Positions 31,300 to 42,500 of a stretch of 64,000 nt of DNA are shown piece after piece (positions within the stretch are counted from its first letter, which is position 1; every line of letters begins with the position of its first letter). The notes under the pieces are model-generated. The model did no database searches. It was not told the DNA's origin and worked only from the letters and a program-made list of their open reading frames with translations. The translations under genes and the position numbers were made by a program. This DNA is from an uncultured delta proteobacterium. GTDB taxonomy: Bacteria > Desulfobacterota > Desulfuromonadia > Geobacterales > DSM-12255. The stretch covers positions 384,001 through 448,000 of the forward strand of contig CAWBBV010000001.1 in NCBI GenBank assembly GCA_963787125.1, given 5' to 3'.

Positions 31300-32832
31300 A
31301 TGAAATCCACGCTCAAAGAACAGCTAAATTCAGGTAGTTCTGAAAACAGTGACGACAAGACAGTGCTCGTTGCGCCGCTCCGTCCGCTCTATCAACTGAT
31401 CCTCCTCTGGACTCTGTTGATAATCGGTTTTGCAGCCTGGAGCAGTTATGATTCTTATCACTCCGAGCTTCAGATTGCCACAGCCGTTGCCCGCTACAAT
31501 TTCAACAAAGATGAGGTTTATCGCAGCTGGGCAACCATGCATGGCGGCGTCTATGTGCCAATAACGGCACGGACTGTCCCAAACCCGTATCTTTCTCACC
31601 TTCCGGAGCGGGACATAACAACCCCTTCAGGCAAGCGGCTTACCCTGATGAACCCGGCGTATATGACCCGCCAAGCGCATGAATTAGGCCTGGAACTGTA
31701 TGGGTTGCATGGCCATATAACCAGCCTCAAGCCAATCCGGCCGGAAAACGCCGCTGACGCCTGGGAGGTTAAAGCGCTTAAAAAATTTGAAAAAGGTGCC
31801 AGCGAGGTCACATCCAAGGAGCTGATTGACGGCAAACCTTATATCCGCTTTATGAAAGCTTTGCTGGTGGAAGAAGGGTGTCTGAAATGTCATGCGACTC
31901 AAGGGTACAAAATAGGCGAGGTTCGCGGTGGCATCAGCGTTTCTGTGCCGTGGGAGCCTTATCAGAAGCAGTTTGTCAGTGCAATGAGCATCGAGTTGGT
32001 AACACACAGCGTTGTCTGGATCATCGGAGTTGGCGGCATCGTCACCGGCCGGCGCAGACTGCTGAGCTATTTCAGTGAGCGAAACAGGGCTGAAAAAGAG
32101 AAGCTGGCGCTGGAGTTGCGTCTACAGCAGGGGCAGAAACTGGAAAGCCTGGGTGTATTGGCCGGCGGGATCGCCCATGATTTTAACAACATCCTGGCAA
32201 CGATCATCGGCCACTGCGGTATTTTGCAGCTCAGGCCGGAAAAGGTTGCGAAATGTGTCCCGGAGATCGAGAGCGCTGCCGAGCGTGCCGCGGCACTCTG
32301 CCGTCAGATGCTGGCCTATGCCGGCAAGAGCCAAACTGTTATGTCCCGGTTCGATATGACAATTCTGGTGGCTGAGATGGTTGCAATGCTGAAAGCGACC
32401 ACCCCGCAGAATGTGGTCATTAACACAAATCTTGCGACTGATGTTTTGCTGGTTAAAGGCGATAGTGAACAGTTCAGGCAGATTATCATCAATCTGCTCA
32501 CGAATGCTGCCGAGGCGATCGGTGCAGCAGAGGGAGAGATACGGGTATCACTGACAAAAACAGAAATAATGGCAGGAGATTTGGTTAAGGATCATCTTGG
32601 CAGGATCATTCCGGCGGGTAGCTATGCCTGTCTTGAGGTAACTGACACCGGCTGCGGCATGGATGCTGAAACCAGCAGCAGGATTTTCGAACCATTTTAC
32701 ACCACCAGGTTTTTTGGCCGCGGCCTGGGGTTGCCCGCGACTCTCGGCATCATTACCGCCCATAAGGGGGCGGTGCAGCTACACAGTCAGCCGGGACAGG
32801 GAACGACGGTCAAGGTCTTTCTGCCCGTATAG
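31300..32832 (+). CDS. Membrane histidine kinase with periplasmic c-type heme sensor (DUF3365-like)
   Basis: Two TMs flanking NPAYMTRQ...SLKPIRPEN...CLKCH...GGISV; HDFNN HisKA and HATPase. Confidence 0.88.
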   Translation: MKSTLKEQLNSGSSENSDDKTVLVAPLRPLYQLILLWTLLIIGFAAWSSYDSYHSELQIATAVARYNFNKDEVYRSWATMHGGVYVPITARTVPNPYLSHLPERDITTPSGKRLTLMNPAYMTRQAHELGLELYGLHGHITSLKPIRPENAADAWEVKALKKFEKGASEVTSKELIDGKPYIRFMKALLVEEGCLKCHATQGYKIGEVRGGISVSVPWEPYQKQFVSAMSIELVTHSVVWIIGVGGIVTGRRRLLSYFSERNRAEKEKLALELRLQQGQKLESLGVLAGGIAHDFNNILATIIGHCGILQLRPEKVAKCVPEIESAAERAAALCRQMLAYAGKSQTVMSRFDMTILVAEMVAMLKATTPQNVVINTNLATDVLLVKGDSEQFRQIIINLLTNAAEAIGAAEGEIRVSLTKTEIMAGDLVKDHLGRIIPAGSYACLEVTDTGCGMDAETSSRIFEPFYTTRFFGRGLGLPATLGIITAHKGAVQLHSQPGQGTTVKVFLPV

Positions 32833-32854
32833 ACCAGTAAACGCCCGCCGTGAT

Positions 32855-34438
32855 TCAGCCTGCCAATACCGCTCTGATTTTTATCGCCAGATCGCTGATG
32901 GAGCACGGTTTCTGGATAAATTGCACCCCTTCTTCCAGCACCCCATGATGGGCGATGACGTCGGCTGTATAGCCTGAGGTGAAAAGGCACTTCATCGCCG
33001 CTCTGGTTGGTCTCAGCTTCTCAGCCAGCGTTCTGCCGTTCATCCCCGGCATCACCACATCAGTTATCAGCAGGTGTATCTCGCCGGGGTGCTCAGCGCA
33101 AAGGTGGATCGCTTTGTCCGGGGAGTCGGCTGCCAGCACCTGATACTCGAGCATTTCCAGAATCTCACAGGTCATCTGTAACAGCGACGGTTCGTCCTCC
33201 ACCAGTAGAACTGTCTCACCACAGCTTTTTGGGACCGCTCTTGAAGCTGTTTCCTCTGCGGCGGGAACCTGCCCCGGATGCCGCGGCAGGTAAATTCTGA
33301 AGGTTGTCCCCTGTCCCGGCTCGCTGTAGACATTGATGAAGCCGTTGTTCTGCTTGACGATGCCGTACACCGTGGCAAGTCCGAGGCCAGTACCTTGTCC
33401 AACCTCTTTAGTGGTAAAGAACGGTTCAAAAATCTTTTCCTGTGTCTCCTTGTCCATGCCACAGCCGGAATCGCTTATGGCAAGCATTACATACTCTCCC
33501 GGAACAAGTTCAGCATGCTTTGCGCAGTCAGCCTCGTTAAAAACAGTATTACCTGTCTCGATAATGAGTTTGCCGACATCAGGAATGGCATCGCGGGCGT
33601 TGACACAGAGATTGGCAAGGATCTGATCTTCCTGGGAAGGATCCAGCTTGACCGGCCAGAGGCCCGCTCCGGGCAGCCAGGTGAGCTCGATGTTTTCACC
33701 GATCAGACGCCGGAGGATTTTCAGCATCGCTTCCACGGTCTCGTTCAGATCAAGTACCTTGGGGACAACTGTCTGTTTTCTGGCAAAAGCCAGCAACTGT
33801 CTGGTGATGCCGGCTGCCCGTTCGGCAGCGTTACTTATGCCGCGCAGCTCTTTTTGCAGCGGGTGATCCGGCGCAATTTTCCGCGTGGCCAGATCGACAT
33901 TCCCCAGAATCACTCCAAGCATATTATTGAAGTCGTGGGCCACACCACCGGCAAGCCGGCCGATTGATTCCATCTTTTGCGCCTGAATAAGCTTGGCTTC
34001 GAGCAAGGCCTTCTCTTCCTCTGCCAACCGGTGTGCAGTCCGCTCCTTGACTTCACTGAGCGCCCGCTCAATCACCATCGAAAGCTTGTCGAGCCGCTCC
34101 TTGGGGAGGTAGTCAGTCGCCCCCTCTTTCAGGAGCTGCACCGCTTTTTCTTCACCAATAGCGCCGGAAACACAGATGAACGGTACTCCGGGGCAGAGCG
34201 ACTTCGTCAGCCGCAGCGCCTCCGTACCCTCGATACCGGGAAGGTGGAAGTCGGCAAGAACCAGGTCGTAGCCGCCGCTATGCAAAAATGCGGTAAACTG
34301 CTGCTCGTTGGCAGCCCAGTCAAGCTGGCAAGAAAAGCCGGCGTCGGTCAGCCGCTCCCTGATAATTTCCGCGTCAAGCGGTGAATCTTCAAGATGCAGA
34401 ATCTTCAGCGAGTTGAGGGCGTCAGTTTCAGCGATCAT
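32855..34438 (-). CDS. REC-HisKA-HATPase-REC hybrid kinase
   Basis: [20 protein letters not shown]-terminal REC DVVMP. Confidence 0.93.
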   Translation of the reverse strand: MIAETDALNSLKILHLEDSPLDAEIIRERLTDAGFSCQLDWAANEQQFTAFLHSGGYDLVLADFHLPGIEGTEALRLTKSLCPGVPFICVSGAIGEEKAVQLLKEGATDYLPKERLDKLSMVIERALSEVKERTAHRLAEEEKALLEAKLIQAQKMESIGRLAGGVAHDFNNMLGVILGNVDLATRKIAPDHPLQKELRGISNAAERAAGITRQLLAFARKQTVVPKVLDLNETVEAMLKILRRLIGENIELTWLPGAGLWPVKLDPSQEDQILANLCVNARDAIPDVGKLIIETGNTVFNEADCAKHAELVPGEYVMLAISDSGCGMDKETQEKIFEPFFTTKEVGQGTGLGLATVYGIVKQNNGFINVYSEPGQGTTFRIYLPRHPGQVPAAEETASRAVPKSCGETVLLVEDEPSLLQMTCEILEMLEYQVLAADSPDKAIHLCAEHPGEIHLLITDVVMPGMNGRTLAEKLRPTRAAMKCLFTSGYTADVIAHHGVLEEGVQFIQKPCSISDLAIKIRAVLAG

Positions 34439-34886
34439 GCGTTGAACCCCCTTGTGGCGGCAGTTCATTCAGCACGGCCCAGAAAACGCCGACATGCCTC
34501 ACCGCCTCGACAAATTCCGAGAATTTGACCGGTTTGACCACATAGGCATTGACCCCCAGATCGTAACTGCGGATCAGATCATGCTCTTCCCGTGAAGAAG
34601 TCAGCATCACCACCGGGATCATTTTCAGCGTTTCATCAGTACGAATTGCCCGCAGAACATCGATGCCGTCCATGCGCGGCATTTTGATGTCCAGAATCAC
34701 CACTGCCGGGTTGCCGGGCTTGCGTCCGCTGTATTTCCCTTCGCAGCGCAGATACTCCATCGCCTCCACGCCGTCCTTGACGTGGGTGACCAGATTGGCC
34801 AGGTTGTTATCGGCCAGGGCCTCCAGAGTCAGTTCGACATCACTGGGGTTGTCTTCTGCAAACAGAATCGGTTTCAGTTCAGTCAT
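34428..34886 (-). CDS. Single-domain response regulator (Rcp1/CphA-partner type)
   Basis: [23 protein letters not shown]...[14 protein letters not shown]. Confidence 0.92.
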   Translation of the reverse strand: MTELKPILFAEDNPSDVELTLEALADNNLANLVTHVKDGVEAMEYLRCEGKYSGRKPGNPAVVILDIKMPRMDGIDVLRAIRTDETLKMIPVVMLTSSREEHDLIRSYDLGVNAYVVKPVKFSEFVEAVRHVGVFWAVLNELPPQGGSTHDR

Positions 34887-37800
34887 GGTTTTCTCCTTGT
34901 ATTTTAGGCAATGTGAAGTAAAAACTGGCCCCGCGGTTCAGTTCGGCCTCAGCCCAGATCCGGCCACCATGACGGGCAACGATCCGCTGGACGGTGGCCA
35001 GACCGATACCGGTCCCCTCAAATTCTTCCAGTGTGTGCAGCCGCTGAAAGACGCCAAAGAGTTTGTCGACGTACTTCATATCAAAGCCGACGCCGTTATC
35101 GGCAACGGTGAAGACAATTTCACCGTTCTCCTCGCGGGCGCTGACCTCAATGCGGGCAGACTCTTTTGTCCGGGTATATTTAACCGCATTATCCAGAAGG
35201 TTGACCCAGACCTGGCGAAGCAGGGCGTAATCGCCCCGGACAGACGGCAACTCCCCGATGACCCATTCGATGGCGCGATCTGAATGACTCGCTTTTAGCG
35301 GCGTCAGCACTTCCTGCAGTGACTGGTTCATGTCCAGAGCTTGCCGCCGCATTTCCGCCCGTCCGGTGCGGGAAAACTGCAGCAGGTCGTCAATCAGCAC
35401 CCCCATCTGGCGAGCGGCAGAAGCAATGGTGTCCAGATAGTGCAGCCCTTTATCGCTGAGACCGGCGCGGCAGCGGGAAATCAGCAGCTCCACATAACCG
35501 TCAATATGCCGCAAGGGGGCGCGCAGATCGTGGGAGACGGAGTAGCAAAACGCTTCCAGCTCCTTGTTGGCAGTTTCCAGCTGACCTGTTCGCTCGATAA
35601 CCCGTTTTTCCAGTTCGGCGTTCAAACGGTGGATTTCTGTCTCGGCTTTTTTCCGTTCGCTAATTTCTGCCTTGAGTGATTCGTTGGCAACTTCCAGCTC
35701 TTCCGTTCGCTCTTTTACCCGATGCTCCACCTCGTCATAGGCTTTTTGCAATTCTCCCTGGGTGCGCTCCAGCTTCTCCTTCTCCCGTTGCAGTTCAGTG
35801 TTGACCAGTTGCAGCTGCTGAGGACTGGGGATAGAGAGGAGCCTGGGGAGTACGGGCCAGACAACGATTGCTGTTGCCAGTGAAACCAGGGCAGTGAGAG
35901 TGTCTACGGCTGCCTGCCACCAGTCAACCGGCCACCAGAGACCGACCACATGGACAAGATGGGTCGTACCGCAGGCAAGAATGAAAAGTCCGAAGAGGAC
36001 AATAATCCAGGAAAACGGCAGGTCTTTCCGTTTTCTGACAAACACCACCAGGAAAAAGGGGATGGTCGCGTAGGAGACGGCGATCAAAGCATTGGCAATG
36101 GCCATGGTCATCATCAGAAGCGGGGGCATGGTACCGGCCTTTGCTCCCTGGATTTCCATGGTGCCCGGCATGAAGACCATCGGCGCTATAATGAGAATAG
36201 CCAGAGCGGCTGCCGGGGCGATGACTCTCGGCACAAGTTCCAGCGTTTGCCTTAAAAGAGATTTGGGCGGGGCAAAGGTCTGCACTTTGTAAGCCCGTAA
36301 GCGGAGGCTGTTGGTCACCACGAAAATCGAGCTGAACGCCATGGCTCCGGCAGCGAACATCGGGATGAGCAGGCCATAGGCAGCAACCGGGATGAGGGCA
36401 ATGTTGTAGAACAGGGCCCAGATCAGATTCTGGACAATGGTCTGGGATGTTGCCCGGGAGAGTGAAATAGCCCGGCCGACGCCGGCGAGATCACCGCTGA
36501 TAAGGGTGATGCCGGCAGCGGCCATGGCTATGTCGGTACCGGTGCCGATGGCAATGCCGACATCAGCCTGAGCCAGTGCCGGAGCATCATTGATGCCGTC
36601 ACCGACCATCGCCACGGTAGGCCGGGCAAAATTGCCAAGGCTGCTCACAGCCTGTAACTGTTTTATCGCTTCGGCTTTTTCGCCGGGCAATACTTCGGCC
36701 ACGACCCGGGTTATCCCGACCTGAGCGGCGATCGCGTCAGCAGTGCTCTGGTTGTCACCGGTCAGCATGACAATGTCGAGACCAAGTTGGCGTAGATCGG
36801 CAATTGCTTCCCTGGCGCCCGGTTTCACCGTGTCTGCAACTGCGATCAACCCTATCGGCCTGGCAGGTTCATTGCCCTCCACCCGGCTGACGGCGACGAT
36901 CATGGCGGTCTTGCCTTCGGCTTGCAGTCTCATGATGTCAGTCTGCAGCTTATCTACAGCGATCCCTTCATTTTGCATCATCCGCGGATTGCCGATGATC
37001 ACGGCTGTATCCGCCACTATCGCCCTGATGCCAAAACCGCCGAAAGCACGGAACTGTTCCGGAGAGCCAAGCGCCAAACCCTTATCCTGTCCGGCCTTGA
37101 CGATGCAGCGCCCTAATGGATGTTCCGAGCCAAGTTCAGCGCTGGCCGCCAGGCGGAGAACTTCGTCGGCAGGCAGATCATGGGTAGGGATAATATCGGT
37201 AAGAGCCGGTTCTCCCCGGGTGATGGTGCCGGTTTTATCAAATACAACGATATTGACGCGGCCGGCCCGTTCGAGGATTTCGCTGCTTTTGAAGAGAATC
37301 CCGCTTTGAGCCCCTCTGGAGGTGCCGACCATGATGGCAGTCGGTGTTGCCAGGCCGATGGCGCAGGGGCAGGCGATAACGAGAACCGCAATGGCATTTA
37401 TCATCGCACCGGTCCAGGGGATATGGACGACATAAAGCCAGCCGAAGAAGGTAGCCAGGGCAATAGCGATGATGATCGGCACGAAATATTTGCCGATTTC
37501 GTCGGTCAGCTTCTGGATAGGTGCTTTGCTCCCCTGGGCTTCCTGCACCAGTTTTGCTATCTGTGCCAGGGTACTGTTCTTGCCGACCTTGGTGGCTTCG
37601 AATCTGATCAAGCCTTCGCGGTTGATCGTAGCGCCGATGACTTCATCGCCGGGACCTTTGCTGACAGGCATCGACTCACCGGTGATCATTGCTTCATCAA
37701 AGGCCGAGCGGCCTTCACTGATGATGCCGTCAACAGGGACTTTTTCGCCGGGGCGGACGACCACGCTATCGCCGACCAGAACCTGTTCAACGCTGATCAC

Positions 37801-38715
37801 AGTTTCAACGCCGTTCCGCACTACGCAGGCTGTCTTGGCGCGCAGTCCCATCAACGCCTTCAAGGCCGCCGATGTTTTACCTTTAGCGCGGGTTTCCAGG
37901 TATTTGCCGAGCTTGATGAGAGTGATGATGGCCGCGCCGGTTTCGTAATAAACATTGGGACTGCTGATGATGCCGATGGTAACGAGCAGGCTGGAAAAAT
38001 AGGCGGCCGAAGAGCCCATGGCGATGAGCACATCCATGTTGGCACTACCGAAACGGAGGCTCTTCCAGGCGCCGACGTAAAATTGCCAGCCGACGATAAA
38101 TTGGACGACAGTCGCCGCCAGGAGCATGATAACTTGATCGTATTTAAAAGCGACGCTGATAAAGTCCCGCGCCATGCTGAAGATGATGAGCGGTATCGTA
38201 AAAATGAGCCCGATTATCAGTAAACGCCCCTGTTTTTCCAGTTCGGCGGCGCGCAGTTGAGCTTCTACGTCTTCTACCTCTTCGGATTCACCCGCCTGGA
38301 CAAGATCAAAGCCGGCGCTGCGGATGATTGCGGCCAGTTCGGCAACCGAGGTCACGCCGGGGATATACTCAAGCGCTGCCCGCTCGACACCGTAGCTGAC
38401 AGTGGCGACAAGGACTCCGTTTTGCTTGGCCAGGAGTTTTTCCAGCGTCAAGGCATCGGTATGATCCTGTAACCCGGTAATCGGCAGAGTTATCTTGCCG
38501 GTGGCAACGGCATAGCCGATCTTTTTGACATGGGCAATGATATCGGTTTCGCTCAGCTGGAGCGGGTCAAAACTGATATTCAGTTTTTCACTGGCAAAAT
38601 CGACACTCGCGTCGCTAATACCCGGCAATTTACGCAGATTAGACTCGATTCTCAGGGCGCAGTTGGCACAGGTCATGCCGGTAACAGGCATGGTGGTGCT
38701 CTCGGAAGGGGTCAT
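34879..38715 (-). CDS. Fusion protein: Cu(I) P1B-type ATPase + ETR1-like ethylene-binding TM domain + histidine kinase
   Basis: GMTCANC, TGES, CPC (449-451), DKTGT (D493), [19 protein letters not shown]; then [14 protein letters not shown]...FILACGTTH...[10 protein letters not shown]; then SVSHDLRAP (H1062), NAVKY, DNGVG, GTGIGL. Confidence 0.9.
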   Translation of the reverse strand: MTPSESTTMPVTGMTCANCALRIESNLRKLPGISDASVDFASEKLNISFDPLQLSETDIIAHVKKIGYAVATGKITLPITGLQDHTDALTLEKLLAKQNGVLVATVSYGVERAALEYIPGVTSVAELAAIIRSAGFDLVQAGESEEVEDVEAQLRAAELEKQGRLLIIGLIFTIPLIIFSMARDFISVAFKYDQVIMLLAATVVQFIVGWQFYVGAWKSLRFGSANMDVLIAMGSSAAYFSSLLVTIGIISSPNVYYETGAAIITLIKLGKYLETRAKGKTSAALKALMGLRAKTACVVRNGVETVISVEQVLVGDSVVVRPGEKVPVDGIISEGRSAFDEAMITGESMPVSKGPGDEVIGATINREGLIRFEATKVGKNSTLAQIAKLVQEAQGSKAPIQKLTDEIGKYFVPIIIAIALATFFGWLYVVHIPWTGAMINAIAVLVIACPCAIGLATPTAIMVGTSRGAQSGILFKSSEILERAGRVNIVVFDKTGTITRGEPALTDIIPTHDLPADEVLRLAASAELGSEHPLGRCIVKAGQDKGLALGSPEQFRAFGGFGIRAIVADTAVIIGNPRMMQNEGIAVDKLQTDIMRLQAEGKTAMIVAVSRVEGNEPARPIGLIAVADTVKPGAREAIADLRQLGLDIVMLTGDNQSTADAIAAQVGITRVVAEVLPGEKAEAIKQLQAVSSLGNFARPTVAMVGDGINDAPALAQADVGIAIGTGTDIAMAAAGITLISGDLAGVGRAISLSRATSQTIVQNLIWALFYNIALIPVAAYGLLIPMFAAGAMAFSSIFVVTNSLRLRAYKVQTFAPPKSLLRQTLELVPRVIAPAAALAILIIAPMVFMPGTMEIQGAKAGTMPPLLMMTMAIANALIAVSYATIPFFLVVFVRKRKDLPFSWIIVLFGLFILACGTTHLVHVVGLWWPVDWWQAAVDTLTALVSLATAIVVWPVLPRLLSIPSPQQLQLVNTELQREKEKLERTQGELQKAYDEVEHRVKERTEELEVANESLKAEISERKKAETEIHRLNAELEKRVIERTGQLETANKELEAFCYSVSHDLRAPLRHIDGYVELLISRCRAGLSDKGLHYLDTIASAARQMGVLIDDLLQFSRTGRAEMRRQALDMNQSLQEVLTPLKASHSDRAIEWVIGELPSVRGDYALLRQVWVNLLDNAVKYTRTKESARIEVSAREENGEIVFTVADNGVGFDMKYVDKLFGVFQRLHTLEEFEGTGIGLATVQRIVARHGGRIWAEAELNRGASFYFTLPKIQGENHD

Positions 38716-38752
38716 TCTTACCTCTTGAAATTTCTATGGTGCAGCAAATTAT

Positions 38753-40864
38753 TTAAGCCGTCAGGTGAACTGCGTCACTCCCCAGCAACTCATGCACCTT
38801 GGTCGCCAGAGCCTGTAACGTGTAAGGTTTCTGAATGAAATGCACCCCTGTATCCAGCACGCCATTGTGGGCGATTATGTCGGCCGTATATCCCGACATG
38901 AACAGACATTTCATTTCAGGCCTGAGCGGGCGGATTTTTTCGGCCAGATCCCGACCGTTCATGCCCGGCATCACCACGTCGGTCATCAGCAGGTGAATCA
39001 CCCCCGGATGTTCTGTTGCAATCCGGAGTGCCTCGAACGGGCTGTTTGCGGGTAGTACTACATAGTTATTAAATTCCAGAATCTCCCTGGTCATTTCCAG
39101 GAGTGTCGGCTCATCCTCAACTAAAAGCACAATCTCGCCGTGTCCCATGGCGGCTTCTGCTGCAGCCGGTTCCAAGAGCGTTGCGCCATGGACAGTATGC
39201 CTGGGCAGATAGATGTTGAACGTCGTTCCCTGTCCCGGCTCGCTATAGACATTTATAAAGCCTTTGTTCTGCTTGACGGCGCCATAAACCGTGGCGAGTC
39301 CCAGGCCGGTTCCCTTGCCGGTCTCCTTGGTAGTAAAAAATGGTTCGAAGATATGGGCCAGTGTTTCCCTGTCCATACCGTAGCCGTTGTCGCCGACAGT
39401 CAGCCGCACATACTCTCCGGGGACAAAGTCCGGGTCCTGGGGGGTGTAAAACTGGTCGAAGCTGCTGTTGCCGGTTTCAATGATAATCTTGCCGACGCCG
39501 GAGATCGCATCCCTGGCATTAACACAGAGATTGGCAAGGATCTGATCGATCTGGGACGGATCTGCCATCACCGGCCAGAGCTTTGCGGCCGGCTGCCAAC
39601 TGAGTTGAATGTCTTCGCCGATAAGTCGCTGCAGCATTTTGAGTGTGCTTGCTACCGCGTCATTCAGATCGAGATTTTTCGGGACAATGGTTTGTTTGCG
39701 GGCAAAGGCCAGCAGTTGCCGGGTGAGGTCGGCGGAGTGTCTGGCGGCGGTGCGGATTTCTTCCAGGTCAGCACGCAGAGGCTGGGACGGCTCCAGCTTC
39801 ATTAGCGCCAGATCAGCACGGCCTATAATGACAGTCAGCATGTTGTTGAAGTCATGGGCAACTCCGCCTGCCAATCGACCCACTGATTCCATTTTCTGCG
39901 CCTGCAGCAGCTGGGATTCGAGTTTAGTCCTCTCCTCCTCGGCACGTTTGCGTGCGGTGATATCCTGGATGAAAGCCACTATCTGTCCGTTTTCATCTGA
40001 GCGGTACTGGGCGCTGACTTCGACGTCAAAAACGGTGCCATCCTTGCGGCGCTGCCGCGATTCAAAGCGATCCGCTCCCCGTTCCCTGACTAAGCGGATG
40101 TGAGCAGCTGTTCCTTCGGGCGACTCTTCAATTTCGATATCACTGATACTCATGGACAACAGCTCTGCCATGCTGTAGCCGCTCATCCGGCAATAGGTCA
40201 TATTGACCTCGATAAAGTGCCCCTGGGTGTCTACCAGCCAGATTCCATCCATGGCTGTCTGCAGGATAGTCCGGTGGTGTTCTTCGCTCTTGCGAAGTTC
40301 AGCGGTACGCTCCTCCACCCGCTGCTCCAGTTTCTGCGACTGTTGCTCAATCTGCCGAAAGGCGAGCGAGTTTTTGAGCGCCAGGGTGATCGGCGGGGCA
40401 AGCAGAGTGATGATCCGGTCTGTTTCGCCAATCCGCTCCAATTCCGGCAGATCGAAGAGTAGCAGCATGCCGACCAGTTCACCACCCACCCGCAACGGAT
40501 AGCGTGCCATTGACTTGATGCCGGCCCGCAACAGCTGGCTACGCAAAGGATGATTCAGAGTCAGCTCTTCCGGATAAAACGGTAGCGCTTCGGGACTTGT
40601 TTCAGGACAAAACGTATTCAGTTCAAGTGGGGAAAAGAGCGTGGCTCGCCTTGCCGGGCTGACATTCAACAGTTCGTCTGTTTCAGTTTCTGCGTGGTGG
40701 GCAATAACCATAACTGTTCTGGCTCCGGTCAGTTCGCGCAGATGTTCTGTCAACGCCACGCCCAGTTCATACGGTGAGGTGGAAACCAGCAGTTGCGAGA
40801 TCACCTCGATGGCCATCAACTGGGCAGCAGGTGAGAACTTCTGTTCGTTTTCAAATGCTTTCAT
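38753..40864 (-). CDS. GAF-like/PAS hybrid histidine kinase with REC
   Basis: N-terminal GAF-like segment ([13 protein letters not shown]), PAS, VAHDFNN, REC. Confidence 0.9.
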   Translation of the reverse strand: MKAFENEQKFSPAAQLMAIEVISQLLVSTSPYELGVALTEHLRELTGARTVMVIAHHAETETDELLNVSPARRATLFSPLELNTFCPETSPEALPFYPEELTLNHPLRSQLLRAGIKSMARYPLRVGGELVGMLLLFDLPELERIGETDRIITLLAPPITLALKNSLAFRQIEQQSQKLEQRVEERTAELRKSEEHHRTILQTAMDGIWLVDTQGHFIEVNMTYCRMSGYSMAELLSMSISDIEIEESPEGTAAHIRLVRERGADRFESRQRRKDGTVFDVEVSAQYRSDENGQIVAFIQDITARKRAEEERTKLESQLLQAQKMESVGRLAGGVAHDFNNMLTVIIGRADLALMKLEPSQPLRADLEEIRTAARHSADLTRQLLAFARKQTIVPKNLDLNDAVASTLKMLQRLIGEDIQLSWQPAAKLWPVMADPSQIDQILANLCVNARDAISGVGKIIIETGNSSFDQFYTPQDPDFVPGEYVRLTVGDNGYGMDRETLAHIFEPFFTTKETGKGTGLGLATVYGAVKQNKGFINVYSEPGQGTTFNIYLPRHTVHGATLLEPAAAEAAMGHGEIVLLVEDEPTLLEMTREILEFNNYVVLPANSPFEALRIATEHPGVIHLLMTDVVMPGMNGRDLAEKIRPLRPEMKCLFMSGYTADIIAHNGVLDTGVHFIQKPYTLQALATKVHELLGSDAVHLTA

Positions 40865-41469
40865 GGCGTCTCCCCGGCAACCCTGCAAAATTTTGCCTCG
40901 GCTCGGGCTGCCAGCAGTGCTGTCAGCATACTGTCCAGTGTTACCGTTTCAACCCGCCAGGGGAGCCCGCTGTAGGTCGAAAATTCTGTCAGCTGCAGTT
41001 CAGGAACCGGCAGCAGGCCGGTATCAAGATATACCAGCACCCTCCGGTTTTCTCCCATGAGCCCCTGCGCAACCTCTTTGTTCAGCCCCAGTTCGCTCTT
41101 CATGATATATTCCCAGCGCCGGGCCCATTCCGGCAGAACCAGAAAGGCCTCTTCACGCATCAGTTGGCGATAGCGATCCCGTCCCAGCAGCAGCTGCGCA
41201 CAGTTGATAACATTGACCCGACCCACCTGAAAACGGCGCACCAGGTCGAGCATCCGGGCGGTGCAATCGCCATAGACGAGCACCAGGCAGCCGGTCTCGT
41301 CAGTTCTCTCAGTAAGCGCTGTGTGCAGCTTCGCTTCGAGTTTCGGGGGGTCCATATGCAGCATAGAGTCGAGAAAAAGCAGTTTGCCGCCGATAAGCCG
41401 GCGGCGGTGCAGCTCCTCCATCTCTGCCCGTACTACGCCGCAACTGAGCCAGACAGTACGCTCCGTCAC
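40861..41469 (-). CDS. DUF1638-like protein
   Basis: SCGVVRAE, LDSMLHMDP..L, VYGDC, NCAQLLLG, YLDTG; GTGA overlap with upstream stop. Confidence 0.75.
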   Translation of the reverse strand: MTERTVWLSCGVVRAEMEELHRRRLIGGKLLFLDSMLHMDPPKLEAKLHTALTERTDETGCLVLVYGDCTARMLDLVRRFQVGRVNVINCAQLLLGRDRYRQLMREEAFLVLPEWARRWEYIMKSELGLNKEVAQGLMGENRRVLVYLDTGLLPVPELQLTEFSTYSGLPWRVETVTLDSMLTALLAARAEAKFCRVAGETP

Positions 41470-42500
41470 TTCCCGCACCCCATCTCCCCGGAATAGTCGG
41501 CAGCGGCAGCCTGCATGGCGCGCAGATTTCCGGGTGGCGTTGCCTGTGGCATATCGGCGCCTGCATTGGCCAGAATGTAGTGCCCGGAAGGCGCAGCCGT
41601 CCGCAGGCATGCCATGCTCAGCGCATACACCTGTTCGGGAGTGGCCGTCGGCATGGTCAGATTGTCCAGGTTGCCGATAATGGTCAGGTCAGGCCCAAGT
41701 AACTGTCTGGCTTCGGCCAGATCATCCTTTGAACCGGCAATAATCCCGACCAGGCCGTCTGTTCCGGGGAGCAGGTCAAGGACGTGATTCATGCGGCCGC
41801 CGGTGCTGCTGATGACTTTGGGGCCATTTATCCGGGTAAAAACAGCCTGGAGGTGCGGCAGGAACTGATCGACAAAGATGCTGCGCGGGGCTACTGCCGA
41901 CGTTGCCATCCCTTCGGTAATGACCAGGCAGTCGGCGCCCGCGTCAAGCAGGGCATTAGCCCAGGCGATTAAAAATGGCGACGTATACTCCAGCAGGCTC
42001 TGAGCCAGCTCTTTATCAAAGAGGACCGCTTCCATCCACTGTTCAATGCCGACAAGCAGAGACGGGAGAATGCCGGGTCCGGGAAGAACGCTGATGATCG
42101 GCGCTTGCCCCTTGTACAGCTCCGCCAGCTGCCGGTTTGTCTCAAGTATCATGGGCAGACGACCGGTGCATAGGATATCCGGAAGCGGTAATGAAAGGGC
42201 GTCAACAGCCTTTCTCGCTGCCGGTCGTTTCATGTTGGGAACCTGATCAGCAGACCAGGCCACCTCGCCCCCAAACGCTTCCGCAATGGCGCTGTAGTCA
42301 AAAGCAGTCATCACCAGATCAAAGCCGAACTCCTTTTGGAGCGCTTTTTGACCGGCCACGTAGGCGGTTGCATCGCTGTACAGAGTCCGCAAATCGGTGT
42401 TTGTCAGCTTGCCACCGTAAGCGCCGAGAACGGCAAAGACCGGCAACCTGTCAACCGGTTGCCCGGAAAGAGTATTCATGACCCGTTGATATGAATTCAT
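41466..42500 (-). CDS. MtaA/CmuA / URO-D family methyltransferase-like protein (Zn ligands absent)
   Basis: G.PVDRLPV, AEAFGG, GRLP.ILE, GNLD, GHYILA. Confidence 0.85.
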   Translation of the reverse strand: MNSYQRVMNTLSGQPVDRLPVFAVLGAYGGKLTNTDLRTLYSDATAYVAGQKALQKEFGFDLVMTAFDYSAIAEAFGGEVAWSADQVPNMKRPAARKAVDALSLPLPDILCTGRLPMILETNRQLAELYKGQAPIISVLPGPGILPSLLVGIEQWMEAVLFDKELAQSLLEYTSPFLIAWANALLDAGADCLVITEGMATSAVAPRSIFVDQFLPHLQAVFTRINGPKVISSTGGRMNHVLDLLPGTDGLVGIIAGSKDDLAEARQLLGPDLTIIGNLDNLTMPTATPEQVYALSMACLRTAAPSGHYILANAGADMPQATPPGNLRAMQAAAADYSGEMGCGK

